From Eledone cirrhosa (lineage: Eukaryota): a stretch of 64,000 nt of DNA. The stretch spans positions 52,266,001-52,330,000 of the forward strand of contig OZ024742.1 of assembly GCA_964016885.1 (NCBI GenBank), written 5' to 3'. Shown piece after piece: positions 25,649 through 40,074 of the stretch (position 1 is its first letter; every line of letters starts with the position of its first letter). A program made the position numbers and the translations under genes. The notes beneath the pieces were generated by a model. It searched no databases. It was not told the origin of the DNA and saw only the letters and a program-made list of their open reading frames with translations.

Positions 25649-27212
25649 GACAAATTAAAACTATATATAAAAGCTCAAATGTATGAAGAGAATAATATAT
25701 GATAGTATATAATTACCACGTATTTTCAGGATTAGTGTAATGTGTTTATATAATATATTGGTCTGAAGAAAAGGTAGATTCTTGGACGGAGAAAGATTGG
25801 AAAGTCAAATTCTGAGCAAATAGAATCAAATATATATATGGAAAAATTAGCTTTTAAATCATATTTAATTCCTTACACATGTTTCCAGAGCTTTGTAGAT
25901 CAAACTATTCGAATAACATTAATAGAGCAATTTGATGTACAACTCTCTTGAAATATGTGTAAGGAATTAAATATTATTTAAATGTTATTTTATTCCATTT
26001 TGTTGCATCTTCAGATTTTAATTATTGGGAAGATATTTGTAGAAGACTTAAATATGTGCAAAATAACTTTCATGCCAGTTTACAAATAGTCATTTACAAA
26101 TATATCCCCAAAGTTTCCTGCCTTGGTCACTCAGGGACAAACATTCCACGATCTCTATTGGAAAATATTTTATCCAAAAAGGTTAAATTGTTATTTTAGA
26201 CAATAAGCACGCATCTCAAGTTACATGCATTTACTCACTGATTAGTTTATAAATGAAGTCTGAGAAACCTACAAGTCAAGAATTACCTCCCTTGTTCTCG
26301 AAAAGGAGCTTTCCACTTTTTATAACCAAATATAGTCGGATAACGGGTTTTCCTCCTAATGTTGTCCTAGAGCCTGATGTTGAAACGATTCCTCCACTAT
26401 ATCGTGGTGGCCATAACTGGGCCTCGAAACCTAAGGTCGCATATACATATTAAGAGTATGAAACTTTAAATATACTATATGTATATATAAACCAGTTAGT
26501 TGGGCAAATTTTTCAATTTGTAATTGTGCATCCCAACGCAAAATACCCTAACAATAATCGATCACTATATAATGTCTGAGAAAATGTGTTTGTGTGTATA
26601 TGTTATATCTATAGTATTTTCAATCTTACAACTGCATGACTTGGCTATGTACTTATTGGTGTTTAAACCAATACTGAGGGAATGTGAACAGTTTTTATGT
26701 TTATTTTCGTACTGTATATCGTTGTCTATAGATACTGTTGGTTGCAATATATAGATTGGTCAACTTTAGTATAGAATCAATTATGTCTTAGTCGAAGCTA
26801 TCGTATCTAAACTCCCTCGTCTACTATCTCCAATGATTGATAATCAGTGTATATAAATGAAGATCATTTGCTTGTATCTAATCAGCGCAATCAGCTGTCA
26901 GTATTCAACCAATACTCATTCCTCAGAATACATAAAGCAATTAATATATTCAACTCGAGACAAATGACGGATTACATTCTTCGGTTTTGGCAAACTCTGT
27001 CGCCAGCTGAATCATCTATTTTTAATTCAATTTTACTTGTCTATCAAACAGTATTTTTCCCTTTCTCCATTCCTATTTTTTTATTTTTTATTTAACTTCT
27101 TTATTTTCAAACCAGTTTCTTTCGTCTTCAAGTAACGATATAAATATATATATATATATATAAAATAAAGTTAAATAAAAAGTCAAATGTTTAAAATTTA
27201 GCTTCGTTTATT

Positions 27213-27267
27213 ACTGCTATATATATTTCAGTGACAGCCATCTTTGGCTGTGACCTCTTCAGGCAGT
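27213..27267 (-). ncRNA. Minimal type I hammerhead ribozyme in Penelope pLTR
   Basis: Minus strand: ACTGC-CTGAAGA-GGTCACAGCCA/AAGA/TGGCTGTCACT-GAAAT-ATAT-ATA-GCAGT. Confidence 0.8.
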
Positions 27268-30200
27268 TTGAATTAGTATGGTATAGACAAGTACATATGT
27301 TGTTGAGGTGTATAATTTTGTCAATACTCTGATATGTCCAGTTCCTGGTTAGGTTGTTATTTCTCTGAGGAACTGGAATTATATGAATTCAAACAAACGA
27401 ATTTCAGTGTCAAAGGGCCTCTTCTCCTCTAATTGGTCAGTTATTAGAACATTCCTCATTCTAAGTATTGTTATTGTTGGAGTTAGGTTAAACAATTGAT
27501 AAAGTGATAGAAGGGACAAGGTGTTAAAGGAACAAAATAACAAAAAAAGTGTCAAACTTCCCATTGGTCAGTTCTGAGAGCATTCCTCAGTCAGAAGTCT
27601 ATAGAATTCTTTCAGGGGTGAGGCTCCCTGTAGTGTTTGTGTTTGCTATTGTTAAGTACATTTGACCTCTACCATTATTTTGGTAGTGTTGTTGGTGTTG
27701 TGGTCAGCTTATGTCTTGCTGCTGCTGACAATTTAGAAGTATCCAGTGAGTGTTTTTTCTTCATCCCTCCTGCCACCATCTCTCATAGTGGTGGTGGTGG
27801 GGTGGGGTGGTTCTTCTATGTATATGAAGAAATATAAGGCAATAAATGAAGAAAACAGAAAATAAACAATATAATAAAATAATTAATATAATTCGTATAA
27901 TTTGAAAATAAAGAAATAGAGAATAAAGAATAAAGAATAAATGAAAAATTGGTGAAGAAGTAATGAAAATGAATATGGAGAAGTTTAAAATAATGTAGGA
28001 TAAAGTGTGTATGTGCTATAACAAATCTCAAGGTCAGAAATATGTTGGATAGATTGGTATGAGGACAAGATGTTAAAATAAGATAATAAAAAAAAATGTG
28101 TTTGTGTTAGAATCAATCTCAACTTAAAAATAAATATAAGGTGATACAGTGAAGAGGACAGAAAACAAATAACAAATTAATAAAGAGAAATCAAGATTTA
28201 AAATTGGAACTTGAAAATCAGAAATCAAGTAAATTAAAAAGTGTTTGTGTTATATAGATGTTGGCCAAATTATAATGGCTGTGTCCGATTCAATCTTTAG
28301 GCTATCATGGTGCCTGCTCAGCCTGGGTTGTTCCCTATGGCTTGAGGGGAGTTCACAACCTAGTGTGTTGTTACTGCCCATATAGCTTGAGGGAGGTCTG
28401 GCCGAGAGGTGTTTACATGTTCTGTAGAAGTCCCTATAGCTTGAGGAGAGTTCACATCTTCTTGTGTGGCTACTGTCCGTATATCTTGAGGAAGGTCCCG
28501 GCTCTAAGGTGTCTGCATGTCCCGAAGAAGTTGGTTCTGAGGTTTATCAGGCCGCTTCCACCTCTTAGCATCTCGAGGGTATCGTTCAGGCATAGTTTGC
28601 ATATGCAAGATCCCCCTTTATCGGGTGGTACTTTCCTGATTATGTACCAGGCCAGAGAGTACGGGGTCCTGTCCAGCTTAAGCTTCAAGATCAGGTCGGA
28701 GAGAGCCGTGCTTTTTCTTTTGGCCTCCTTATTGAATGAATGGCGATGGTTGTACCAGCGGTCTTTAAAGCTCGTTGATGTGGCTCCTATGTAGAGGTGT
28801 TCGGGGTTGGGGATTTTAACCCTACAACCATATACTAGGTTCTTCTTGAGGCATTCATTACCAAGGGGGCATGATTCGGGGTTTCTGCAGTTGCAGAGGG
28901 TGGTCAGCCTCTGCGTGCCTAGATTAGGGTTCCCGTTATGTGTTACATGTTCGTCTTCCCCCAGGCTCGGTGGGGGGTCCCCGGGTCTGTTTGGGTTTCT
29001 TGGGTGGGCTCTGGGTCCCCCCTTCCCTCCTTTCACATGGTTCTGCTGAGTGTTTGTATTGCCATCTTCTGGTTGTGTGTGGTTTCAAGCCAACTCCTGT
29101 TGATGCTAGCAATGTGTTGGGATAGATTTCTCGTGGTGGAATACGAGAGCTTCACAGTGTGTTTGTTGAAGATCCTGTGGTATCTGTGGTCCCTCGGTAA
29201 GCATTTGTCAAGTGCTCCAAAGAATGATCGGGCCAAGCTGTTCTTTAGGGCCGCTGAGTAGGGTAGGTTGTACCACGTGATTTTTCGGTGTCTCCTCCTA
29301 TATGTGTGGGTCGGGGGCGTCGTGATTTGTTGGAGATTTGTTGGGTTACTGGTGGTTTCAGCACTGTTGCTTCCCCTTTGGGCTCTATGCTTTTTGTTTT
29401 CTTCGCGGCCCGAATCTGTGGGGTAGTCGTTGCCCGCCCCGGGAGATCCATCGTTGGGTGGTCCCCCCCTCTACGTGTCCTGCGGTTGGGGTCGTCTGTC
29501 CTGGGGTGGTTAGCGTCACGGCTGAGACTGCTACTCATATTGTGCTTCATCTCGTGGTCAGGCGCACTAGTCACCACCGCCCGTGTGGTGGTGTCGGGCA
29601 CATGGTGCCTATTTGTTTCTGCTCTGCCTGTATTGTTAGGGTTCGCCCCCCCCCCCTGGGCAACGCGGGTGTGGGTGTCTGTTGGGCTATCCCCAACCCG
29701 GCGTTTCGGACTAGATGTTATATTTTGGCCATGTGCCGCCTTCTTTAGAGCTGTGTTGTAATATTCCGCGTGGTTATTGAATATTTCCTTACTTGCGGAC
29801 AGGCTGGAGATCCTATCCGAGACACTCTTTACCACTGCCTTGGTTATGGATCTAGGGTGGTTTAATTTGCGTTAACTTATACGAGTTTCTCGTTGGACTT
29901 GTGGTAGGGGTAGTATTGCTCGGTGTTCACGTTTAGGGTGGTGTCTAGGAAGTTAAATACCTTCCTATTTGGGTCTATTTCTATATTGAGCCCCTGGTTC
30001 TTAAAGAAATGGTGAATACGCCTCCTCATTCCCTCCAACATATTGGTGCTGTGGTCATATACTGTGAATAGGGCATCGTCACGATATAATCGGCCGCCCA
30101 GGCAGGGGATTTCATCTTTTATCTGCTTCAGCAAGTAGAGCCCAACCAGGTCCGTTACCTGTGCTGAGTCGATGCAGCCCATCTTGATGTCAAAGTTATT

Positions 30201-31299
30201 TGGCCAATCACTCCTGATCCAAAGGTCTCCATCGAAACGATTAAGGTCTTTCTTGCGGCGTGGATGATGCTCACCTCCTCTCGGGTTAGGTCCGTATTGG
30301 ACATCGCTAAAAATAGGGCCTTATTAAGTACTATGGGTGAGATTGAGGAGTAGTAGCTTGTGATGTCCAGTTGTATAAAGCTGGTCCTACTTTTCTCATG
30401 CAGTATTTTAAACCATTATATTACTTCTCCCGTGCATGACCATTGCTGTAATTTAGTTTTCTACCGAAGCTTGGTCAAAATCCTATTTTAACATCTTGTT
30501 CCTCATACCAATCTATCCAACATATTTATGACATTGAGATTTGTTATATCACATTCACACTTTATCCTACATTATTTTAAACTTCTCCATATTCATTTTC
30601 ATTACTTTTTCACCAATTTTTCATTTATTCTTTATTCTTTATTCTCTATTTCTTTATTTTCAAATTATACGAATTATATTAATTATTTTATTATATTGTT
30701 TATTTTCTGTTTTCTTCATTTATTGCCTTATATTTCTTCATATACATAGAATAACCCACCCACCCCACCACCACCACCACTATGAGAGATGGTGGCAGGA
30801 GGGATGAAGAAAAACACACATTGGATACTTCTAAATTGTCAGCAGCAGCAAGACATAAGCTGACCACAACACCAACAACACTACCAAAATAATGGTAGAG
30901 GTCAAATGTACTTAACAATAGCAAACACAAACACTACAGGGAGCCTCACCCCAGAAAGAATTCTATAGACTTCTGACTGAGGAATGCTCTCAGAACTGAC
31001 CAATGGGAAGTTTGACACTTTTTTTGTTATTTTGTTCCTTTAACACCTTGTCCCTTCTACCCCTTTATCAATTGTTTAAGCTAACTTCAACAATAACAAC
31101 ACTTAGAATGAGGAATGTTCTAATAACTGACCAATTAGAGGAGAAGAGGCCCTTTGACACTGAAATTCGTTTGTTTGAATTCATATGATTCCAGTTCCTC
31201 AGTGAAATAACAACCCAACCAGGAACTGGGCATATCAGAGTATTGACAAAATTATACACCTCAACAACATATGTACTTGTCTATACCACACTAATTCAA

Positions 31300-31354
31300 A
31301 CTGCCTGAAGAGGTCACAACCAAAGATGGCTGTCACTGAAATATATATAGCAGT
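31300..31354 (+). ncRNA. Minimal type I hammerhead ribozyme (inverted pLTR copy)
   Basis: ACTGC-CTGAAGA-stem II-GAAAT-ATAT-ATA-GCAGT followed by AATAAA. Confidence 0.78.
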
Positions 31355-31511
31355 AATAAACGAAGCTAATTTTTAAACGTTTGACTTTTTATTTAACTTT
31401 ATTTTACATTACTCCGGAGTAACCAAACCAACCTGCGCACTTTGTCGAGTGCTCCAGCCTGCATATTGAGGTGTTGGTTTACAACCAACATAAACTCAAA
31501 ATCTTTCACTT

Positions 31512-31512
<1 letters not shown>

Positions 31513-31584
<72 letters not shown>

Positions 31585-31622
31585 ATATATATATATGTGT
31601 GTGTGTGTGTGCGCGTGTGTGC

Positions 31623-31668
<46 letters not shown>

Positions 31669-31672
31669 TATA

Positions 31673-31752
<80 letters not shown>
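31513..31752. repeat. (TA)n/(TG)n microsatellite
   Basis: Direct reading. Confidence 0.96.
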
Positions 31753-31755
<3 letters not shown>

Positions 31756-31809
31756 CCTTGATTAAATCTTAACCATTTAACATCTCAGGGTATGTCATGT
31801 ATCATTATA

Positions 31810-31860
31810 TTTTGTCTGAGGAGGACGTACTGTTGTACCTCTGAAATATGTATAATAAAA
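31810..31860 (+). ncRNA. Minimal hammerhead ribozyme in a short island between (TA)n runs
   Basis: TTTTGT-CTGAGGA-GGACGTAC/TGTT/GTACCTCT-GAAAT-ATGT-ATA-ATAAAA. Confidence 0.65.
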
Positions 31861-31901
31861 TTTCATTGATCAAAAGAACATCTATTTTATTAATATTAGT
31901 A

Positions 31902-32040
<139 letters not shown>

Positions 32041-32206
32041 ATTATATCTACCAACATATGTATACAGATGTATACTCATGCTACCAAATATATATGTCAT
32101 GTCTTGTACCTTTGTGGTTCTATGCAAGGGGTTGCAGAGCAATTATATGAAAGGCGTAAAATAAGAAAATTTTCAAATTAACTTACTAAAATGTTCACTC
32201 CAATAG

Positions 32207-32288
32207 ACTCCCTGATGACGTAAGGATTTCTCTATAGTTGCGCTGCATAACTATATTTATTCCCTTACAGGAACTAATTAGTTGGAGT
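32207..32288 (+). ncRNA. Hammerhead ribozyme (degenerate, GGAAC in place of GAAAC)
   Basis: ACTCC-CTGATGA-CGTAAGG...CCTTACA-GGAAC-TAATTA-GTT-GGAGT; palindromic stem III. Confidence 0.62.
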
Positions 32289-32732
32289 GAAAATTTTAGT
32301 AAGTTAATTTTAAAATGTTCTTATTTTACGTCTTTCATATAATTGTTCTGCTTCCTCTTGCATAAAACCACAAAGGTACTAAGACATAACATATATATTT
32401 GCTAGCATGAGTATACATCTGTATACATATGATGGTAGATATACTAATTCTCTATATTTATCTCCAAATTATTTGTTGAGCAAAAGTTGCCGAAATTTAC
32501 TGCTATGGTTCATGGTAGTAGTTAGGCTCTTGTCTTATCACACACCACTCCTCACTGATTAACCTCAGTGTCACGTGATTTATTCTTTAGAATTTGCCAC
32601 TGACCAAGTAGGCAGTGAATTTTTTCAGTGCCCTGGAATCTAGTCCCCGCTTGCTTTTTCCATCCACTGAATTATTATTTTTATATCGGTTCCTAGTGTC
32701 CGCGCTTTGCCTGGGAACTTAGCTGAGAATAG

Positions 32733-32814
32733 ACTCCCTGATGACGTAAGGATTTCTCTATATTTGCGTTGCGTAACTATATTTATTCCCTTACAGAAAC
32801 TAATTAGCTGGAGT
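32733..32814 (+). ncRNA. Hammerhead ribozyme (second copy, cleavage triplet mutated to GCT)
   Basis: ACTCC-CTGATGA-CGTAAGG...CCTTACA-GAAAC-TAATTA-GCT-GGAGT. Confidence 0.6.
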
Positions 32815-32860
32815 GAAAATTTTAGTAAGTAAGTTAATTTTAAAATTTTCTTATTTTACG

Positions 32861-32954
<94 letters not shown>

Positions 32955-32959
<5 letters not shown>

Positions 32960-33627
32960 TAACAGATTAAAGTTTAAGCAAAGAATCGGTGCTTTCACCC
33001 TTAACGGGATCTTCTGAAACTAACAAAGTCAATCTGTGAACGCAGAAGTGATATTTCAAAAAACGTTGCAACCGGAGGAAGACAGGAAGACGATACTTTG
33101 GTTCGTGGATACGTTCCCTGGCAAAGAACGGGAAAAAACGAATATAATACGTAATTATTTGGAGTGGTGAAAAAAAATTTCACGCAAAGACAAAACCACG
33201 TTTATGATATAAAAGAAGTCGTAGACTAATATTCTATTAGGTGGTTCATACAGACGTACTCAGGAAATGATCGAAAAAAACGAAGATAATACGTCATATG
33301 TGGAGCGTAGAGAACAATTGCACGCAAAGACAAAACCACGTAAATGGTATAACTGAAGTTGTAGACTAAAATTCTAACTAGGAAACCGAATGATTCTCGG
33401 CTTCAGAGTTAAGAGTAAAGTAAATAAAATACAGAGGTAATTGAAATTAAATAAATACATACACGCATCCATATACATACATACACAAGCATACGGGAAA
33501 ACACTCGCCATAGGTATACAAATACATGCGCGTACAAAAAAACCAAAAAAAACCCGCAGGTACATACAGACCCAGGCAACGCCTGTAGCCGCACGCATAC
33601 GAATGTATACATCAAATGCATATAAAA

Positions 33628-33658
<31 letters not shown>

Positions 33659-36600
33659 CGTGTATACATATAATTAAATACACGTACATAAAAAAATAAA
33701 TACGTATATATAACAAGCACACGCACATACCTAGATGTAAATAGACATATGTTCGGAGACGAACGTCAACCAAAACACGAAGTACACATATACACACACT
33801 CTACATACGTACGCACCCGGATACTCACACAGACGCAAAACTCACGTATACACTTAACCAAAAGCATATGTACCAGAATATATAATATAAACGCCATAAC
33901 ATATACAATCAAATATACGTACAAGAAAGTATACGTACTTTCACAAAACATAAAAGTAATATATACTTGCCTATACAAATAAGTAATGGTATAAACATAA
34001 CATATACTTAGCTACAACATCAAGACGTAATATATCCGCGTATAGTTCGTATTATCCGTTAGGGTATAATGTGGGGCTGTAAGACTGTCGTTTTTTCCCG
34101 TTCTTTGTCAGGGAATGTTTCCACGAACCAAAGTATCGTCTTCCCGTCTTCCTCCGGTTGCAACGTTTTTTTTAAAATATTCACTTCTGCGTTAACAGAT
34201 TGACTTTGTTAGTTTCAGAAGATCTCATTAAAGGTGAAAGCAGCGATTTTTTGCTTAAACTTTAATCTATTATATTAATAAATATTTGTTCTACGGTTCT
34301 TATACATTTCTCCTTATCGAGCCCTCTTTGGATTTTAGTCTTCAAATTTATTATTATTACTATTTGGCTCCCTCGGTTGAGCACTCTATTGACTTGTATT
34401 CATCATGCAGAAAAAACATCTGAATATTTCTACAGAGAACATACCCGTACCAAGTAGGAAAACATACCTAAAACTTTTGATACAGAAAACAGACGCGTTC
34501 ATTAAAAGGTTGCGTTGGCGTGCCTTTTATTTCGATAATCAGGGAAAAGCAGACAACAAACAGGATAAATTTGGGTTTAAAACTTATAATAACCCTCCGA
34601 GTAACCCAGCATTGCTACCCTTAAAAAATGATGTCTTGGAACTCATACGGAGTATCAAATTTTTGGAATAGGAGCAATCACTTCCAGCAAGACCTGAAGA
34701 ATAGTATTCGTTCTATTAAGGATTCTAATGCCGTGCACGTTCATTCCGACAAAACTGGCAATCTATATCAAGTGGAGCGCAGTACTTACCATCAACTGCT
34801 ACATAATGCTGTAACTAAGGATTACCGTAAAACTAATCGGAACGTCATTAATGAAATCAACTATGCTGGGTTTAAAATCACCTCTGATCTCAACATCCTG
34901 GACCGGTCTGAACCTCTATTTCTCCCCACTTTACCCTGAAGGATCACAAATCCAATTTTCCGAACAACCCCTCTATTCGGCTTATTAACCCTACGAAGTC
35001 CGATTTAGGTAGACTTAGTAAAAAGATTCTTGATAGAATTATACCTGAAATTAGAAGTTTGGCCCCTCTTGCACTGTGGAACAATTCTTTCGCGGTGATT
35101 GATTGGTTCAACGACATATGCAACAAGGAACATTGCCGTTGTATCCAATTCGACATCAATAATTACTACTCCTCCATCACTTTACCACTTCTACTTAGCG
35201 CTAAAACACTCACAGTTGTTAAGGATTTCGAAGTTGATGTCACCCTCAATGCCCGTAGTCGGTGATAAATTTCGACGACTCTATTTGGATTAAAAAATCT
35301 AATAGTACCCCATTCGACGTGAGTATGGGCGCCAGCGATTCTGCGGAGGTTACTGATCTTATCGGCCTTTTCCTTCTTTTCTGTATCAAGGAAGAATTCC
35401 CCAACGTGGGAGGTGGTTTGTACCGTGATGATGGTCTTTTGACCATGACTAAGTGCGGCCCACGTGCTGGCGACAGGTTCAAAAAAGAACTCACAGCCTT
35501 CTTTAAAGGCTTCAACCTCTCCATACAGGTTGAGGCCAACCTCTCGGTCGTTAATTACCTCGACGTTACCCTCAATTTATCGAATGGCTTGCATTACCCG
35601 TATAGAAAGCCGAATGATACGCTTAACTACATAAGTAAGCATTCTAACCATCCCGCCAGCATAACCAAGAACCTGGTAAGAAACGTTTCTTTGAGGCTTT
35701 CCCGTCTATCTACTAACGAGCATATTTTCAACGACCATTCCACATATTACAATGAAGCTCTTGCTCGGAGTGGATTTGTCGTTAAGGTAGCATATACAGA
35801 GTACGAGAATAGACCTAGAAGAAATAGATGCCAACGCATTTTATGGTATAACCCACCATATAATATGGAGGTGGCCACACCATTAGCTAAGATCTTTCTC
35901 TCCCTTGTTATGAAGCATTTTCCCCCTACACATAAATATAGTAACATTTTTAATAGAAATACTATTAAAATGTCTTACTCTACGACACCTAACCTTGCAT
36001 ATAATATCACAGCTTCAAATTTAGCTAAACTACCTAGCCGTAGGAATACGTGCATTCCAGTAGTTAGTACTAACTGTAATTGTAGGAATTGGGTTGACTG
36101 CCCCCTATACGGGAAATGCCTCTCTAGTAACATTGTATACAATTGTAAGGTTGAAACACCCACGTCCCGCAGGGCCTACATAGGGTTAACCGCCAATAGA
36201 TTCAAGCAGCGTCTTTACATGCATACCCATTCTTTTCGTTACCCTTTAAGAAGGAATATGACGTCACTTTCAGCTTATATCTGGAGTCTAAAAGACAACC
36301 ACACCCAATATAAGTTACACTGGGAGATCCTAGCTAGGACTAAATCGTATAACGGAAATAAAAGACTATGTGAACTCTGCGCGCTGAGGCCCTGGAAATA
36401 CTCAACGCCAAAGATCACATCTTAAACAAAAAATCTGAGGCAATTTCGGCTTGTAAACATAAATTGCACAAAACCTTCCTGTATTACAGCCCCACATTAT
36501 ACCCTAAAGGATAGTACGAACTATACGCGGATATTTTACGTCTTGGTGTGGTAGCTAAGTAATTCTAATGTTTATACCATTACTGATTTGTGTAGGTAAA

Positions 36601-37617
36601 TATATATTACCTGTATGTTTTGTGAAAGTACGTATACTTTCTCGTACGTATATTTGATTGTATATGTTATGGCGTTTATATTATATATTCTGGTACATAT
36701 GCTTTTGGTTATGTGTATACGTGAGTTTTGCGTCTGTGTGAGTATGCGGGTTCGTACGTATGTAGGGTGTGTGTATATGTGTACTTCGTGTTTTGGTTGA
36801 CGTTCATCTCCGAACATATGTGTATTTACATGTAGGTATCTGTGTGCGCTTGTTATATACGTATTTATTTTTTTATAAACGTTTATTTAATATGTATACA
36901 CACACACACACATATATATATATATTTTTTTTAATATATATTTTTATGTGTATTTGATGTATACATTCGTATGCGTGCGCGTACAGGCGTTGCGTATGCT
37001 ATGAATGTGTGTGCGGGCTTTTTTTTAATTTCAATTACCTCTGTATTTTATTTACTTTATTCTTAACTCTGATGCCGAGAATCATTCGGTTTCGTAGTTA
37101 GAATTTTAGTCTACATCTTCAGTTATACCATTTACGTGGTTTTCTCTTTGCGTGCAATTGTTCTCCTCGCTCCACATATGACGTATTATCTTCGTTTTTT
37201 CCGTTTATTGCCAGAGGACGTGTCTATGCACCACCTAATAGAATATTAGTCTACGACTTCTTTTATACCATAAACATGGTTTTGTCTTTGCGTGTAATTG
37301 TTTTACACCGCTCCAAATAATGACGTATTATATTCGTTTTTTCCCGTTCTTTGCCAGGGAACGTTTCCACGAACCAAAGTATCGTCTTCCTGTCTTCCTC
37401 CGGTTGTAACGTTTTTTGAAATATTCACTTCTGCGTTCACAGATTGACTTTGTTAGTTTCAGAAAATCCTGTTAAGGGTGGAAGCAGCGAATCTTTGCTT
37501 AAACTTTAATCTGTTATTATAATAAATATTTGCTCTGCGGTTCTTATATATTGGATATATATTTATACTTATCGTGCACTCTTTGGATTTTAGTCTTCAA
37601 ATTTATTATTATTACTA

Positions 37618-37620
<3 letters not shown>
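32955..37620 (+). mobile_element. Penelope-like element 2: apparently full-length frameshifted ORF with inverted and direct pLTR copies
   Basis: ORF pieces 34405-36490: ENIPVP..RLRWRAF, SDKTGNLY, RLINP, QFDINNYY, GGLYRDDGL, YLDVTL, CNCR..CPLYGKCL, IVY..YIGLT..FKQRL. 32955-34082 is inverted versus 36484-37523; 34088-34362 is direct versus 37334-37619. Confidence 0.92.
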
Positions 37621-37664
<44 letters not shown>

Positions 37665-37670
<6 letters not shown>

Positions 37671-38720
37671 ATACTTTGGGAGGGTCATGTTGCCAATAAG
37701 AAACACACCCACCAGTTGCTTTCACTTCAGAACAAGGCTAATAGAATAAACTCATGGTATGATAGCAATAAATACCAGAGTGTAATGTTCATCGATACAA
37801 CCCCTAGAGGTGAATTAGCTTACAAATTTAGAAGGGCCCTAAATAAACATAAACTCAATATTAAGATAGTAGAAAGACCAGGTACCTCCGTAAAAACACT
37901 TATTAGCAAGACATACCCTTTTCAAAGACCCTCATGTATAGATAAGAAATGTATAACCTGTAAAATAAGCCCCCATATTAACTGTAAAACTAGAAATGTA
38001 GTGTATAGCATAAGATGTACTGAAGGACAATGTAGAGACAAAAATATAGTGTACATAGGTGAGACAGCTCGTAGTGTAGGGGAACGGATAAATGAACACT
38101 GGCGAGACCTTCAAGATAGTAAAGAATCATCTGTACTCTACCAACATGCTAAAATAGAACACAAGGGTAAATTAGAGAACATAGAAATAAAAATAGAATC
38201 TACACACAGAAAAGACGCAATGTTTAGACAAATTACAGAGGCAGTAAACATAAAAGAATTATAACCAAAATTAAATAGAAAATATGAGTGGAACAGCAAC
38301 ATCACAACTTACAATTAAGGACAAAATGAAAACACACACACACATAGAACAAACAACCAACCAGTAACATGTAAATAAACAAATAAATAAATGAACATAA
38401 ACACACACAGACACCCGGATGTGGCGCATGCGCAGACTGAGCACACAACACACACACAGAAGCAAAATGGCGTAGGACAGAACAAAGGAGAGGCACAGAA
38501 ACAAAGAAAGGAATCCCCAGTCACTGAAGAGGTCACAGAGTGTGTGACGAAAGAACTATAACTATATATAAACAACTATCTGGTTGTGGGACCAACCAAC
38601 CAACCAGAAATTTATAAATTTATAAATTTATTATAAATTTATTATAATAATAAATTGAAGTGAAAGCAACTGGTGCGTGTGTTTCTTATTGGCAACATGA
38701 CCCTCCCAAAGTATAACAAT
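37665..38720 (+). mobile_element. Penelope-like element 3: 3' fragment (Zn linker + GIY-YIG) with ~64 bp inverted ends
   Basis: CIDKKCITC..CKTRNVVYSIRC..YIGETARSVGERINEH..RQITEAVNI; 37665-37728 is the reverse complement of 38657-38720; flanked by (TA)n. Confidence 0.85.
38515..38592 (+). ncRNA. Possible degenerate hammerhead in the 3' region of Penelope element 3
   Basis: CTGAAGA-GGTCACA/GAGTG/TGTGAC-GAAA core is present; stems I and III are poorly supported. Confidence 0.4.
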
Positions 38721-38774
38721 ATCGCTTTCAACACACGATTTCAGATAAAGAATCTTGCTAAACAAATTCAGAAA

Positions 38775-38820
<46 letters not shown>

Positions 38821-40074
38821 TTGTGACTGCTTTCTGTCGAATGTTGTTACATTGTGATTGATACACTAAGCGCACCGGTGTTGTGTTGTTTAGTAAGTCT
38901 AATGATCCTATTAGTTTCTCTGCCTGTGTCAAACAAAATCTCTTTTCCATTCTTGATTTCAAGTCACGATATACATAAACATGTGATTGCTTATTTTTGT
39001 ATTTTGTAAAATTGTGAAGAGTATACTAATGTGTTGTGGCGTTATGTTGTTAGATATGTCAGCTGATCCTATTTTTGTACTTCAGTCAGTCCCGATTGAG
39101 AAACGCCATAGTCAGAGGCACTCAACCGATGTTCATCCCTTCGTTTATTTTATTTTCCCATATATTCAGCATGTAGGATGCGGCAAATGAGTAGAATAAT
39201 TAGAAAGTTGTATAGAATGTTTTGCGGGATTCATTCTCGCTTTCTGCATTATGAGTTCAAATGTCGCCGAACTCAACTTGACTTTACAGACCTTTGAAGG
39301 CGATAAAAGATACTACCATTCCAGAACTAGTGTTTCAATTCTTCTATGCATCTTTTTCATTTCCCTTCTCCCTCTCTCTCATTTAGTTTTTCTCCCTATC
39401 TAATTCCTTACACGCACACGTATATTATCTCTCTCTCCTTAGATCGAAGAAATTAGCTCGTCTTGAAACCTGGAGAGGGTTGAGCCCCACCAGGTTTAAA
39501 GTGCCGTATGCCGCAACGGCACCTTTACGACACAACCAGCTGTTACATATACACTTGTGCACATAATATGCCGGAGCAATGTTTAATCAAAATTAACAGT
39601 ATTGCCTTAATTCAAAATATAATGTTAATGATACAGTGAGAGAGCCTTTAAGTGTCTCTCGATTTGCGAAAAATAGTAACCAAATCTTTATCAAATCATA
39701 GCTCAAATCATAGCTAAACCAGAACAGTTAATACCATCTCTAATATACAAAAGGAAGTGATGATCAGTGTTAAAATATCTTTGGATATAGGGCTGCTGGT
39801 TCATAGATTATATGTGTTAAACAACATGAGAAGTAATATTTGTATAACGAAGAACAGCTAATGCAATATCAGCCACACTCGATCGATGCAATCCATTTTG
39901 TTTTTACACACTGTCTCACTGGAATCTCCCAGGGAATTACGTTAAAGGTACACACATGACAGTGAGAAATGCTGTATAAATTGAACACGTAAATCTATCA
40001 ATATGTGTATCAGAAAGTATCCCATCCTTGATTTTACTGTTTGAACTGCCTCATAAAACTTGACACCTAATCTT

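Larger units (their letters stand above)
27165..31405 (-). mobile_element. Penelope-like element 1: 5'-truncated, with ~0.9 kb inverted terminal copies
   Basis: Minus-strand RT (QLDITSYY, MGCIDSAQVTDLVG, LYRDDA, FLDTTL), CNCR..CPLG..CL linker and C-terminal GIY-YIG (LVYGC..YIGAT..FKDRWYNH, CICKLC) at ~28470-30483. 27165-28080 is the reverse complement of 30484-31405. Confidence 0.9.

Noticed and set aside
25348-25702. Cys/Val-, His/Thr- and Tyr/Ile-rich ORFs here and at 31.4-32.1, 40.2-41.2 and 62.1-62.4 kb
   Set aside because: Translations of microsatellites.
25850-26450. Imperfect hairpin at 25861-25975 and GAAAC-CTAAG-GTC at ~26426
   Set aside because: Possibly decayed Penelope pLTR pieces, but the core (CTGATGT) and stem I are broken; not supportable.
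34205-34250. CAGAAGA..GAAA hammerhead-like motif in the Penelope 2 pLTR
   Set aside because: All three copies have CAGA rather than CTGA and lack convincing stems I and III.
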